Source: Podarcis filfolensis
Lineage: Eukaryota
Assembly (NCBI GenBank): GCA_964270895.1
Contig: OZ185436.1
Direction: 5' to 3' (one strand)
DNA: 64,000 bases
Positions 48,991 to 63,407 of the stretch are shown here, piece by piece. Every line of letters begins with the position of its first letter. Within the stretch, counting starts at the first letter, position 1. The position numbers and the translations under genes were made by a program. The notes beneath the pieces were generated by a model, which searched no databases, was not told where the DNA came from, and saw nothing but the letters and a program-made list of their open reading frames with translations.

Positions 48991-49206
48991 CAGTGGTACC
49001 GCGGGTTAAGAACTTAATTCGTTCTGGAGGTCCGTTCTTAATCTGAAACTGTTTTTAACCTGAGATACCACTTTAGCTAATGGGGCCACTGCGCTTTTGC
49101 CTTGTAATTTCTGTTCTCATCCTGAAGCAGTGTTCTTAACCCGAGGTACTATTTCTGGGCTGGCAGAGTCTGTAACCTGAAGCGTCTGTAACCTGAGGTA
49201 CCACTG
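48991..49206 (-). mobile_element. Family A MITE
   Basis: TIRs and TA TSD. Confidence 0.9.
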
Positions 49207-50019
49207 TACTCCAAGTGTGGCCGCACCATTGATTTGTATAATGGCATTATAATATTGGCATTTTTATTTTCAGTCCCTTTCCTAATTATCCCTAACATGG
49301 AATTCACTTTTTTCACTGTTGATGCACCAAATCCACTATGACCTCAACATCTCTTTCCTGGTCACTCACCATCTGTTGAGACCACATTAGCATATATGTC
49401 AATTAAGGGTTTTTACCCTAATCCAGGTCACTTTAGACTTGCTAACATTGCATAGTATTTGCCATTTTAATGCCCCTTCACCCAGTTTGCAGAGATCTTC
49501 CATGGATCAAAGATTCTTAGCTTGGTGCAAGGACTGTTTGGCATTCTGCAGGCATAATGTAGTGCCAGTGTGGTCCACTTGAATTGAGTCCACTTGCACT
49601 CAGGTAAGTTGGGCATCAAGGCATTTGTTTTCCAGCCCTGCATCGTAAAGCGTTGATACAAACTTGTTCCTCAAGTAGTGTTAATACTCCTGTGAATTTT
49701 GGCCACAAATTAATATTACTTTCAAGAAATGCTAAGCTTTTGATCTGTTGGTGTTGAGATGTTTACAGTTCTTTTCTGTATGATTAAACTCTTTATGATT
49801 GGTTGCTTTAAAAACTTAGTAGCGAACTTCATCTTTCTAACATTAAAAATTGCCAATTTGGTATCTTGAGATTCTGTCTAATTCTGTAAAGCTTAGTATT
49901 TGGATATGACACTGGCAGTACATTTCTAGCACTTGAAGTCTGTAAGATGACTTCCTTTGTTTTTGTTTCAGTCTAATTGGTTTAATAATGAAGTGTGACT
50001 CGGTGTTTTCTTTTTAAAA

Positions 50020-51925
50020 AAATATTTGATTTTTCAGAATTTATCATCACAATGATTCATATATTCAATGATTTTCCAAGAATATAGTATAGATTTCCCC
50101 CCCGCCCCTGAACTGAATTCCAACTGAATTTCCTCCCCCATAATTTCTTGCATCTCATTTTATTTCTCCAAACTTTGTTTTCCCTCTTATTTATCTTAAT
50201 TTCCAATTGTATAATTACATAAATGTTGTATCAAACCTGCTAACATTTTACTATATTTACAGTAGTCTTTTAAATAGTCTATAGCAGGCATGTCCAACTC
50301 CCCAAAAACTGGCGGTGATCTACCCATTGTCATTAGAAGGAGGAGGAGTGTGCGTAGGGTGGGTGGAAGTGAAGTGCCCAGAGTTGTTGAGCTTTTTGCA
50401 GGGGCAGGATTGCACAGAGTTTTTTAGCTTTCCCCCCATAACTTTTTGTACACAATAAGGATCCCGTGATCTACCAGGATCAGCCAGGGATCTACTGGTA
50501 GGTCGTGATCTACTGATTAGACATCCCCGGTCTATAAATATCTTGCATTCTTGCTGAAACTTTTTCTCATCTTGAACTCTGGTCTTCATGGTCATCTTTG
50601 CCATTTTGGCATAATCCATCATCTTAATTATCCATTCTTCTTTTGTTGGTACCTTCTCTTTCCATTTCTGGGAAAGTAATATTCTTGCGGCCGTTGTTGT
50701 GTACATAAATAGTCTTTTTAAGTCCCTTGGTATTCCATCCCCTGTTAATCCAAGTAAAAAGTCTTCTGGTTTTTTGACAAAAGTTATTTTAAACATCTTT
50801 TCAGTTCATTATATATCATTTCCCAGAAGTCTCTTACTTTTCTACAGGTCCACCACATATGATAAAAAGTAACTTCCTTTTCCTTACACTTCCAACATAC
50901 ATTTTATATACCTTTATACATTTTTGCTGATTTTGTTGGACTCAGATACATTCAGTACATCATCTTCATATAATTTTCTTTCAGCGAACAGCAAGCTATA
51001 AATTTTAAATCCTCTTTCCATAACTTTTCCCATTGATTTAATGGTATATTATACCCCACATCCTTTGCCCAATGTATCATAACTTCCTCGTCCTTTGTCT
51101 CCCATTCCAACATTGATTTATACATTTTTGATAACAGTTTTTCGTTATTGTCTAAAAAATCTTTTTTCAAACCTTGAGGGTTCTTTTCCAAAACACACAC
51201 CTTTATCTAAACTGAATATATCATTCAGTTGATGGTGTTGTAACCAGTCTGATAACATACACCTTACTTCATTGAACTCTTTTAGTTTTAATTGGTTTTC
51301 CACATCTATTAACAATTCTTTATATGTCACCCAGCCATCTTTCATATTTACATTTCTAATAGATATCACTTCTAATGGGGAGAGCCACCATGGTGTTTTA
51401 GTTTCCAACAAGTTTTTATACTTTCCCCATACTTCATAAATTGATTTCCTTACAATGTGGTTCAGGAATCCCTTATATACCTTTGTTTTTCCATACCATA
51501 AATAAGCATGCCACCCAAATCTGTTGTCATGTCCTTCCAAATCTAGTAGGTCTGTATTCCATTCCCATAACCAGCAAAGGCAGGACACCTCATAGTACAG
51601 TTTCAGATCTGGCAGGGAGAATCCGCCCCTTTCTTTAGCATCTGTTAACAATTTATATTTAATTCCAGGTCTCCCCGCCAGACAAATTTGGAAATATATT
51701 TTTGCCATTGTTTAAAGTGTCCTGCCCCCCTGACCACAGGTATCGATTCAAATAGGAAAGACATCCTTGGTAATACATTCGTTTTTATCACAGATATCCT
51801 TCCCCTTAACTCAGTGTTTTCATTAATATTTCTGCCTTTCATAATTTTGTAGGTGTGATGAAATAAATTTGCACTGAACCCTATAAAAGCTGAAAAGGAA
51901 CAAAGAAAAATGACTAGAACTGCCT
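50020..51925 (-). mobile_element. Older L1 (frameshifted ORF2 3' part), interrupted by a hAT MITE
   Basis: ORF pieces TNVLPRMSFLF..., GGFSLPDLKLYYE..., GWHAYLWY and LFMYTTTAARILL; boundaries approximate. Confidence 0.88.
50285..50529. mobile_element. hAT MITE nested in L1
   Basis: caggcatgtcc / gacatccccg ends; 8-bp TSD gtctatag / gtctataa. Confidence 0.75.
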
Positions 51926-52941
51926 TTTTAAAATACGGTCTTATGCAAGTTTTCACAAATCTGCTTGCCAAGGATCAGGGACTCTTCTCAGTTTGAACTT
52001 CTCAGCTTGACCTGCCTTTTTCTGTTCTGAGTTGGGATATGGATGTTTTTTGTACTGAGCTGTGGAAAAAGCCAAAGTGACAAGAGACTTGCATTGCTTC
52101 TATCTTTTCCAGAAGCCCAGAATGGTATAATACGCCCGTCTCTTTCCTAAAACAGAAGACTTGGGAGGAATTGACTGTGATTAAAAAATTAAGGTTGGCT
52201 AATAAGTTGATTTAAGTACCAGAGCACTGACAGAAGGGTGGCCAATAAGTTCACTTAAATACCAGATAATTGAAAGATTACTATTAGTATTTTTTTCTGC
52301 AACTTTATTATCCTTAAAAACAACTATTAAAAGTTCCTATACTTGTATAAATGACTACTTAAATCACTTCAGCATAATATAAATTACCAGAATATGTTGG
52401 GTCCAATGAAGATTGAAACCCACCCCCGCTCAGCTGCTGAATGCATTTCAACCATAAGTGGTCTTCAGTGGTTAATAATTGCATATCTCTCAAGCATTGG
52501 AAGTTCTTTCAAAACATCTGTCTCCAAAAATGCTAGTTCTTTCATATACGGGGAATCTTGCAAACAAGTTGAAGTGCTTTAATTTTTCATATCTCTGTTT
52601 AACTGATTGATACCTTACGTTTATTAAACAATTTCTAAGATATACAATTCCACCAATACTCTTAATGTAGCAGAAAATCCATACTTCGGTACATTTTCTG
52701 GAAGCTTGATTGGGATTTGATTTTACATAAGTAAATGAAAACTGGTATCCTTGGAGCAAGAAGCTTGTGTTGCTTACCAGCTGGACCCTGACTCCAGTTG
52801 GCATGAAAGTGCTTGGCTGGAGTGCTTGCAGGATTTTATTCACATTGCTGACCCATCCAGTTAGGAAACAGCTGATGATTAAAATTCAATTTGTGTATAC
52901 AGAGTAATTTTAATAGTAGGATCATTTAGATGCTGCTTTAA

Positions 52942-53286
52942 GCGGGTGGCGCTGTGGGTTAAACCACAGAGCCTAGGACTTGCTGATCAGAAGGTTGGCG
53001 GTTCGAATCCCCGCGACAGGGTGAGCTCCCATTGCTCGGTCCCTGCTCCTGCCAACCTAGCAGTTCAAAAGCACGTCAAAGTGCAAGTAGATAAATAGGT
53101 ACCGCTCAGGCGGGAAGGCAAACGACATTTCCATGCACTGCTCTGGTTCGCCAGAAGCGGCTTAGTCATGCTGGCCACATGACCTGGAAGCTGTATGCCG
53201 GCTCCCTCGGCCAATAAAGCGAGATGAGCACCGCAACCCCAGAGTCGGCCATGGCTGGACCTAATGGTCAGGGGTCCCTTTACCTT
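52942..53286 (+). mobile_element. Sauria SINE
   Basis: gtggcgctgtggg A box, ggttcgaatcc B box, tttacctt tail. Confidence 0.9.
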
Positions 53287-55005
53287 AAGCTCAGTCATAC
53301 CCATCATGCATTGTAAATCAGATTGGAGCTTCAAATTCCTAAACTTGGAATTAGAATAGTTTCAGGCAAAGACATCCCAGAACTTTTCATTTCAAATATA
53401 TGTACAGCTTCTAAGCTTGAGATGGAGGTGGGGGGAGACACTTGCATAATATTAAAATCCATAGTCACTCAGTAGCTGCATTTGAATGTAACCCTAAACC
53501 TTTGGCTTGTGTACTCCCATCTCCTCCAGCATTTCTGCAAGAAGCTTCTGCTTAGATTTTAAGTTAACTTCAGCTTGTTCTATTGTCTGCTTGTTCTGTC
53601 ATCCAGACCCAGACAAATCTTAACTACGGTTTGTTTAAACAAGCTAACTTCAAACTTCAGTTTATAAAGCGGACTTGTTTCAGCAAACCATAGTTAAAAT
53701 TAGCCACAGTTCAGGTTTGGATGATGTAACAAGCTGAAGCAAAAGCATCTGAGTTCCTTATGACTGTGCCAGGGAGGAAGGGGAGCCAGAGTTTGAGATT
53801 TGTTCCAACTTGTTTTCATAATGATCAGCCATGTTTTAGCGTTATACTTGAAGAAGGCCAATGACTACCATTAGGTTCAGGTTCCATTTGCAGCATTGCT
53901 TGAGATCAGCCTGTCTCACTACCCCTGATTATAATCCGGTTGGTTGGTTTGTTGGTTTTATGTTAGTTGCCTAATTTTATTTGAGTTCATCCTTAAGAGA
54001 AATATAGGTTACAATCCAGACTTAAGTGTGTGTAATGGGACTAGCAGAAGCTGACGTGTCCAGACTCCTGAAAATGTTCCACTGAGTAGCAGGGCCCTGC
54101 TGAATGGGGTGGGCTGTGGCACTGAGGGGGGCCCCCCAAAATCAAGCAGAAGCAACTGCCATAAGCTGGAACTACACTCAAGGAAGGTTCTTTGGTCAAT
54201 TTGGGGGGGATTTCCCCACAGCCTTGATGCTTATAACTCTCCTACCACTGCAGCATTTTTACTTGCCAAAGCAATTAAATATCTAATATTTGGTTTAGAG
54301 TAAAATGTGCAAAATTAGCAAATATACTTAAAATGTATTTGGTTAGCTTGAATCACACTAGTATGGGTTTTCTTGGCAAACAACTTGCATTTTGTGACAA
54401 CACAAACTGCTCTTTGTCTGCCAGTAACATTCTGGAAGCAGGAGTTCATTACTTCTATATAGCCATTTTTGCCGAGACAGACTCAGTTCTATGTATATTT
54501 GGAGGTGAGCCCAAGTCAGTGTGTTTGGAATGGATTTTTCTTTGTTCTAAGATTTCAGAAGTTGTAACCAATTCCTTACTAAGATACATAAGGGTAAACA
54601 GTCTAAATTTGCAAACGGGTCAGACTTTTAGTAGTTGCGGCTGAAGTTGTTCATTCTGGTTCTGATTCAATCCAGAAATGTATTTGAGACTCAAAATTAC
54701 TTTTGAGTGCAGAGTGTACACCACCTAATTAAAACAGCCTAAAGAAAAGAGAAATTCAGCCTTCCATTAAAGCTACAGGTGGCTTGCCTGTGGCCCTCCA
54801 GATATTGCTCAACCATCAATCCCACAAGCATAGGCATTTATCAGCCATGATGGGAATTGTAGTCAAGTAGCATCTAGAGGGCGCAGGTGGGCCACAGGGT
54901 AGCCCCTGCTATCTTAAAGCCTTTCCCCGCTAAATGTTCTGACTACATACTGTTCATAGAGTGGCTAGGGAAGCCCGGCCAGATGGATGGGGTACAAATA
55001 ATAAA

Positions 55006-55046
55006 GTAGTAGTAGTAGTAGTAGTAGCAGCAGCAGCAGCAGCAGC
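55006..55046 (+). repeat. Compound (GTA)n(GCA)n microsatellite
   Basis: Seen directly. Confidence 0.95.
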
Positions 55047-58000
55047 TGGTACTTTCCTTTTCCAAAAGAAGTTTAAATATACCTTCTGGTCATTCTTTTT
55101 CCTATTAGTCTTTTATGTTTTACATAGTGTTATGGAACTACACTATGAGGTAGAATATGATTTTATAATCTTGGTACAGGAACTATCCAGAAATATGATG
55201 CCCTTCAGTGGGGATTGTATTTGTGTCTGTGTCTTCATTTCCTGGATCTTGATTCTTCCCCCTTCCCTGCCCCCAAATATACAGAATCTATTATCCAGGA
55301 ACTTTTGATTCAGGCTAAACTGAAGACCTGCAGGAGGCTAGAAGGGAGAGACATGTACTTCCTTCCTTAAATGTCAACACCAAGGAATGACTCATAGTCA
55401 CAACCACTTTTCTAAGGTTTGTCAACTTTGGGGTTTTTTGTTTTGTTCCTCTACATGAATTAGAAACCTTATGTGTTTATCTTTCACACTTAATTGGGAG
55501 TAAACTACAGCTTCTTGGTAGCTGCAACCCACTTCAGGATGTTTCTGCTGCTGTCCTGCAATTTGGCTCATGGTTCAAGAGTAATTCTTTCTGAATTGTC
55601 CTTTGCCTTACTGTCAGAAAACATTTGGTTGGCTGTACTGCCGCAGAGGCGTTCCCAAGACTTGCTTCACAGAAGACTCTCTTTTGGGGAGGGGGCATAC
55701 TAAAGCATTGTCTACAATATTTGCGTGTGTGTGTGTGTTTGTGTTTAGTCAATTTCTATGCTCCCTTCAGTATAAATGTTTAGGTTGGTAATTAATCTAC
55801 ACAGCTATATTATGACTTTCACTTTTATATCTGCACTTTGAGTTTTGTTGAATAAAGATAATTTGAATTATTTTCTGAATAGTTATCAAATAAAGAAGTG
55901 AATTAGTCTGCATGGAGGACGGTGAAAAATTATTCCAGTGATGGGCTCTAGAGTGCTCAATTAATACATATTAGCTGCTGAGAATTTGCAGTGTTTCAGG
56001 AACCAGCTATAGCTGACTACAAATTGAGGCTGTCAGATACTTGAAGTCACCTGAAAGTTTGTTGTATCCTATAGCAATCCCAGTTCACTTGATTAGATGT
56101 CTTCAGTTTGTTGCTACTACTTCAGCATAATTCTGTTTAGTAGACTTAGTAAAGTAGCAATTGAAGGCAATTTGATAATTTTATTTATTTATTTTTATTT
56201 TCAATATTTGTCCCGAGTCAAATGTATTAGGAAAATGTTTACTAAAACATTTGTCCTGCAGGTAAAGAAGTCATTCAGTGCAGACTCTTATTGTCCTGCT
56301 TATTTTTTCTTCTGTAGGCGATGGTGAATTTGCTTATAGCGTTGTTGCATGCTCTGATCTCTCAAATCCAATTTAGCTTTCTTAGGAAGTATCCTTGGCT
56401 CTTGTTTTATCAAAATTGAAGCTGTTTATACTGAGGCTGAAATTGCCTCAATACAGAGGGTATGAAATGCAGTTTACGGCACTGATTGCAGTAAAGTTCC
56501 AGTTCCATTAAAGCAGCTTTTAGGCACATACAGATTCAAAGAACCACTCTACTAGTAGGTCTGTGTGTCCAACTGGTTTCAAAGGTGGATGTTTCCAGAC
56601 AACAGTCTCCTTTACAGAAATGGCACTACTTCTGAAACCTATAGTAGTTTTAAAAGCCATTTGTGATGTGGCAAGCAAGGGTGATGTTTCAGTTGACCTT
56701 TCATCTTCTCTGGTCATATACAGACATGGAAAGGTTACACCCTGCTTATTGCACTAGCCTACCAGATTAAGATGCTTAACTCAAGTGGAATCATTAACTT
56801 TAATAACTGTGCAGTTGTAAACGTGAATTATTTTTCATTTTCAGTCAAAATAATATATATATTTTCAAGGTTGAAATACTGATATTATGAAGATAGTCCT
56901 GGATATAGGGTTGGATCCTGGATATAGGGTTGGATCCAGGCATGTCCTTCTACAACTGAGGGGCTCCTTTGGTTTGTGGAGGGGACTCCAATCCAGCACA
57001 AATTCCTGTTGGAGCAAACTGGCAAATTGATCAGAGCAGTAGGCAGGATCCTGTTCTGGCCCACCGACTGCAGGCCACTTTTGAGAAGTGGGCAAGACTT
57101 GCCCACCTGTTAACAACCTGACACAATATATCATATAACTTCAAAGAAAGAATCAGGGTTGCACTTAAGCACCCCAATTCTTCCCTTTTTCGTTGCAGCC
57201 CAAACTTGAATTCAAGTTGCAGCTGCAAAGATTCCTGCTGTCTGTAAGCCCTGCTTTCAGCAGCATTCAGCTGCACCCAAAAACTCCTGAGTAAAACCAC
57301 TCCCAGCAGGGCTTATATTTTGTGCCATATTTAAAAAGCACCAAACACTGGCTCCATTTGATGGGGAGCAATTGGAAGCACCACCACTCTATCAGAGAGT
57401 TCCCCATCCCTCTAGAGCAGATTTTTATGGGCTGCAGAGAGGAAGAGGAGAAATCTCCTTTAATCCATTAGCGCATGAGTGTAATTTCACTCATGGGAAA
57501 TAAGGATCTAGCCCATAAAGTTATTAATACATATTTGCTTAACTTCCACAAGTGGGGAAAACAGTGGTTCAGTTAGGACTGCAGAAACCATTTAAAAATT
57601 ATTCTGATACTTAATGCCAGTATAGGTACAATGTTAACTTGCAGTAGGTAAATGTCATTAATGTCAGATCTCTATATTTTGGTGTGGGACTTGAAAAGAA
57701 GGAATGATTTATAAAACCTAAGTCACTGTGTTCATTGTAATTGAAAAGCTGACATAAGTCACCAAAATAACACACTGAAAGCAAGTTTTGTTCTGTCTTA
57801 AGTCTTTAATTTAGAAAGCTAACGTAGCATTTGGCAGCTGGCAACAGCTTACCTCATGCACTTAATTTAACAACAGGAAGCAGCTTTTTAACTCTCGCAT
57901 AACTTTTTTTCCTAGTTCTTCCGATCACCCAATGGATACCAGAAAAAGTATTCTGCAAAGCTAGCAGAGTGTAAATATATTGCTTTTAGATTTTTAAAAC

Positions 58001-60244
58001 TTAATTGTCCCCTTGTTTGCAACAGGCTGCAAAACATCTTAAAGCCTACTCTTTTAGTGGTTAAAAAGCAGATAGATCTGAAGGAAGGAGGGGAAGAGTT
58101 CATTGTATGAAATTAATGACTGAGGTAGTTTCCTTGTGTTGCCTGTGTATAGGACAGATTGTATATATCTAGCACAAGTATCACAAATTCTCAGAGAAAC
58201 ATCTTCCATTGCATATTTAATAATCTAGTCTTCTAATTTATTTCTGCATTTTTCTTAAGCCTAACACACACTTCTGTTGTTTAGCTGTCTGCAAGTTATG
58301 CCTCTGCTGCTTCAATTTTGCATGTAAATATTTGTGTAAAATAGTTTCTACCTGAAAAATTCAAAAAGCTCAAAGAAGCTTAATTCATGACATTTCATTA
58401 TTGACGTATGTGGAATTATGGCAGGCAGCAAAAAAAATTATACATCTTGAATACTGTCAACTAAGAACCTGAAAATTACCTTGGTTTGTGATGTTTTAAT
58501 ACAACAGAGCCTTGAAAATCTACAAGTTACTAGGTCACCCTGCCTTCATATACTTGTGTTAGTCACTTGTGGTTTAAAACAAATTTACAAAAACTACATG
58601 GCCACCTGGAGACAATGCTTAACTTTCCACAGCAACCAAGCAAGTGGCTGTTTATATGCCTAATGTGACACCTGTTAATGAGATGGATAAGAATCTCAGA
58701 ATGGAGACAATTAGGCTTTATTCCTGCACATACTTAAGTTATAAACTCCCCCCCAAAAAAGCCATTATGTATTCATTTTTATGCAAACTTAAGACTTTGA
58801 CCCAAAGAAATCTCTGTGTTAAAAAAGAATGCTTAAAAAAATTCCTCAGTTGCTTAAACACAATAGTGTGAAATTGTACTTCAACTTTCTGATAAAATGT
58901 TCTGGCAAGCTGAAAATGGTGGTGTGGGACAAGCTGACTGTTCTTTTGCAGGCTATTAAGGCTTAAAAGCATTGAGCTTTGGGCATTGAGCTTCAGACTT
59001 ATAACTTCTCTTTCAGTCTTGTACTGCCCATGTCTTTCTTCTCTGCTATCAAATGTTACATGAAAGTATACATATTTTCTCTTTCATTTTTCAAGGAACT
59101 ATAAATTGCTGTATTCAGCGCTACATTCATAATGCTTGCATTGGTTTGTATCATTGCATAGAAATAGACAATTTGCAGGCCAAGAAGTGGCACTCTAGAT
59201 GGTTCAGTGATGTCTCTTAGGCCTAGATGGAATATTCTCTAAACAAGAACAAGAATACAGTATATCAGTTGTGTGTTCTCATGCTGAACTCCCTAAGCAA
59301 CTTAGGGTGCTGATTTTTCATTGTCTGAAAATAGTTTTGGCAAGGGACTATTGATGGGTCACGAAGTTTAATTTGGAGGCAGGCCTTTTTTTCTTCTTAA
59401 GTCAACTAGCAAATAGATAAAATCATGCAAACCCCCCAGTTTTTGTGATAGTGACACAGCCCTTTTAGTTTCACTGAAATTTGCTGAGCAATCATCTTCT
59501 TAGGGTTAAATAAAACCCATTACCCTTCCACACAGAAATTCAGAAGTCTTTTCTCCAGAATGCTATATTGTGTTATATGTAGCTTAGAAGTAGCAGATCT
59601 TGGAGCACTTAAGGAGAAATTGCAGTAAAGAACAGTGGTGACCTCATGGCTATTTTTGTATTCAAGTGTGCTTGTTCCAGAAAAGACAAGCCATGGGAAA
59701 TGTATGTATCCATGACCTTCGTTTGTTCCTAAATGGAAACAGGCCTCTAATATTGGAATGAAGCAACATACTTAAAATCAACATTTTAAAAACTTGAAAA
59801 ATTCTTGACTACAAGGTTCAAAGGTACGAATGTAATTGATTATAGCATTGCTTTTGTCTCTGACCAGGTTGCTGAACAAGCAACATTCTTGGGACTTAAT
59901 ATTGCCAAAGTACTTTCAAATGCTGCAGAACATAGAATGTCTTCAGGTATTTGTTTCAGGAATGCAGTCTGAGAGTCTGCCAAGTGTGTTGCTTGCTCCT
60001 GCAACATGGTGACATGTACAAATGAAATTATGCGTTTTCAAACATTTATCAATCAAGGAACAACCATGTGAAAGTTCAAGTGTGTTTCAATTCATACAAA
60101 TTTTCCATTTTCTGAAGTTAATGAAACAAGAATGAAAGTTTTTGGAAACTACAGATCTTCCAGACACTGGAGAAGTTGTTATTTTTCAATATTGGTGTAT
60201 TTTGCTTGAAGGATATAAATAGAATAAAGGATAAAATACAAAGA

Positions 60245-60480
60245 GCAAGCGGTGTCGTGGTCAGGCCAGAATATAAAATCAGGACATGGAGGACCAGGGT
60301 TCAAATTCTGCCTTAGCAATGAAGCTCCCTATGTGACATTGGGCCAGTCACTCTCTCAGCCTAACCACCTCACAGGATTGTTGGGAGCATAAAATGGAGA
60401 AGAGGGAGAAACATGTACACCACCTTGAGGTGCTTGGAGGAAAGGTGGGGTGTAAATAGAATAATAAATTTAAAATAAAT
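60245..60480 (+). mobile_element. tRNA/CORE (MIR-like) squamate SINE
   Basis: gggttcaaattc B box; gtgacattgggccagtcactctctcagcctaaccacctcacagg core; AT-rich tail. Confidence 0.65.
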
Positions 60481-61189
60481 GAAAGAAAGAGAAAAATCAT
60501 AGAATTGTAGAGTTGAAAGGTGTGGACCCTGAGGGCCATCCAGTCAAACCTCTTGCAGTGCAGGAATCTCAATCAAAGCATAATAGAATCAAAGAATTGT
60601 AGAGTTGGAATGGACAGTTCAATGTGTTTTTAATCCATAGGTCTTGGACTCCATAGTGTTCTAATCACAAATTCTTGGGGGAAATCCATTGTCTAGATAT
60701 GGCCCAATTTGATAAAATAATACCATTGCAAAAGTGTTTTAATTTTCCTTTTCCGAAAAGATTCCTGTCTTGAGTTTCTTAGCAATCTCTGTATCAGCAG
60801 AATTCAGCAGCTCCTTGGATCAATCATAATTTACCTCCTACTGCTTAAGACTGGCTGCATATTTCTAGAAGGAGCATAAAAACTAAAAACACTTTCAGGC
60901 TAAGTAATGGCTTTGGATGCTGCTTTCATAGAGCAGATTAACAAACATTCATAAAAGAGATATAATAGTCACTTCGTTTTTCTAGAAAGTGGGAAAAGCA
61001 ACAAATGGATTGCCTTTCTTGGACTTCATTCTCACCAACAGAGAAGAACTGGTCAGTAAAGTGGAAGTAGTGGAACCTTGAGAGGAAGTGACCATTTCCT
61101 CTTGGGATTCATTATACAGAGGAAAGGGAAAGCTGAGTGTAGTTGGACATGCACTCTGGACTTTTAAAATTTTGATTTCTAAAAGCATA

Positions 61190-61640
61190 ATGAACTACAC
61201 TGGCTGAGATACTCAAAAAATGGGCCATGATAGATGGAGTTTCTTAAAAAAGATGTTTGAAGGCACAACCACAAACAATTCCAACAAACTAGTAGGAGGT
61301 ACCTAAAGAAACCAGTGGGGGGGCATAAGGAACTTTCAGATGAGCTGAGATTTAAAGGGGACATGTTTAAGAAGTGGAAGAAGGGGCAGGTTGCAAAGGA
61401 AAAGTATAAATAAGTAGCCAGTGCTTACAGGGAGAAGGTCAGGCAGGCTAAAGCTCAGAAACAAGCACAGAATTACAAGAGAGGTTACAAATAATAAGAG
61501 GGGTTTTATGGCTATGTTTGAAGCAATAGAAAGAACAAGGAAGTAGTAGGTCCTCTGCATGGAGAATACAGAGAAATGCTTTTGGATGACGGAGAGAAAG
61601 CAGAACTGTTCAACATCTTCTTTGTCTTCACCCAAAAAGA
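61190..61640 (+). mobile_element. CR1 LINE ORF2 internal fragment (degraded)
   Basis: Degenerate ELSDELRFK.DMFKKWKKG...REKVRQAKAQ...EKAELFNIFF, typical of the CR1 EN-RT linker. Confidence 0.8.
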
Positions 61641-63407
61641 AAGCAGTGCCCAACGTGGTGATAACATCTTAGTTTTTCACCCCAAAAAATCTGAAAGACT
61701 GGGGCTTCATGGCTTCAAAATGTTCTTACTTTAAATTACTGGCACTGTACAATTTTTACACTTGACCCTGCATTCTGGGTTTGGAGTGTATCTAGTGTGC
61801 AACTGACTCCACTTGTCAATGGGCTAAGCACTGCATTTGTATTTACCGTTACAAATCACCATAAAATCATAACCATGAGCTATGAGAACCTGGCACTTGA
61901 AATTTATTTTTTCCTTCTCAGTATATTTTACTGGATATTTCTAAATTATCCTGTGTAGTTCAACAATGTCGTGTAGGTCTGATACCAGTATGACTACATC
62001 AGATTTTGCCTTTGCTGCAATCCTGTCCCCCTGTATCTGAGTGTAAGCCCTGTTGAATTCAATAGGTAGGACTTAATTCTGAGTAGGCATGATTAGGATT
62101 ACACTACTTCTGGATAGGGCAGTAGTATATGCGCACAATGGTTCTTTGACTTCAGTGCCTATGAATCCATATGACGGTTCATTGAACTAAGTACACTAGG
62201 TGACTCAGAAGGATCTGGCTCAGTATTGCCATGACTGGATGCTTCCCAAGCTGCTCCATCTCTGCATCTAGGTTTTTGCTTGAGTCTTGTTCTTGTAATT
62301 CTGCAGTGCAAAGATTTTTCAGAAAGCATACTTCAGTAGTGTGTATTAATCTCTGATCCTGTATTAATCTCTAATTATGTGAGCATAAGTAAGGAAAGTT
62401 CAGTTTGCCCCTAAATTGTTTAGGATTTTCAGAGGCAGAAAGATCCAAGACCACAGGAACAGATCACTTTCTTCTTGCTTTAAGCTTGCTGTCTGAATCT
62501 CTCATATTAGACAGTTTGGTAGCTATGTGTATATTATTTCCTGTTGGTCGACTGGGCTGCAGAGAGAGCTGCGTCATGGCACTCTTGGGATGACTATTAG
62601 AAACTGCTAGGATTTCAGGAAATGTCTTCACTGTAACCCTTCCATGGAAAATAGTTTCTGATTCATGTTCTGCAGGGTTACCTTCCACTCTTCCATTTCA
62701 CTCCTGAGGCTGCCAGACTAATTGTTTTGTTCTTCTAAAAAGAAGCTTATGAAACTGTGAAGACACAGGCAATGCAATACAATGAGATATACAAATGAGT
62801 TTACTTGTTAAGGATTACTGCAGTTTCTAAGAAAATAAGTATTTTTTACTTACTTAATAATGTGTTTAATATAATCAAAAATACAATTAGATTAATTCTT
62901 CTTTATTATACAAAAGTCTTGGACACTGAACCATAGAACAGTTGTATTAACATTTAAGAAAAAATAAAGAAATGAGATTCTTAATAAAAATGTTAGATGT
63001 TGTGAGGCTGTAACTGAAACCATAGCAACTTAAAGGGGAGACCACTCTTATTCTTGGGTGGGGGGGATGCAGTGTAGTTGGCTCTTGATAGATGTGGAGT
63101 AAGGGAATAAGTTACCAGTGTTAGTTGGGTGTGGGGAGGTACACATCCATTTTATATATTTACAATTGGAGTCTCAAGCTTAAGGTCCGGGGGTTTTAAA
63201 GTTCTTTTGGGCTCCAAATACAGCCTGCAGCATCCCAAAAACTCTCCACAAATTACTGAACTATCTTCACAGTTAGAAATTACAGTCTAGAAATTGTCAC
63301 AGTATGACAAAAGGAGTGAATCAGGAGTGGTTGCTACTGCACACCTCAGCATCAGAGTTGTCCATGACTACTTTAAAATTAGCATTGTTGGTGTGAAAAG
63401 CATAGGA

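Noticed and set aside
14821-53286. tRNA-like A/B boxes (ggttcgaatcc) at about 15085, 16800 and 53000
   Set aside because: They are the heads of Sauria SINEs, not tRNA genes; there is no cloverleaf and a SINE body follows.
56898-56940. 19-bp tandem duplication (tcctggatatagggttgga)x2, and a 13-bp one at 4953-4978
   Set aside because: Ordinary slippage duplications in non-coding sequence; no spacers, so not CRISPR-like.
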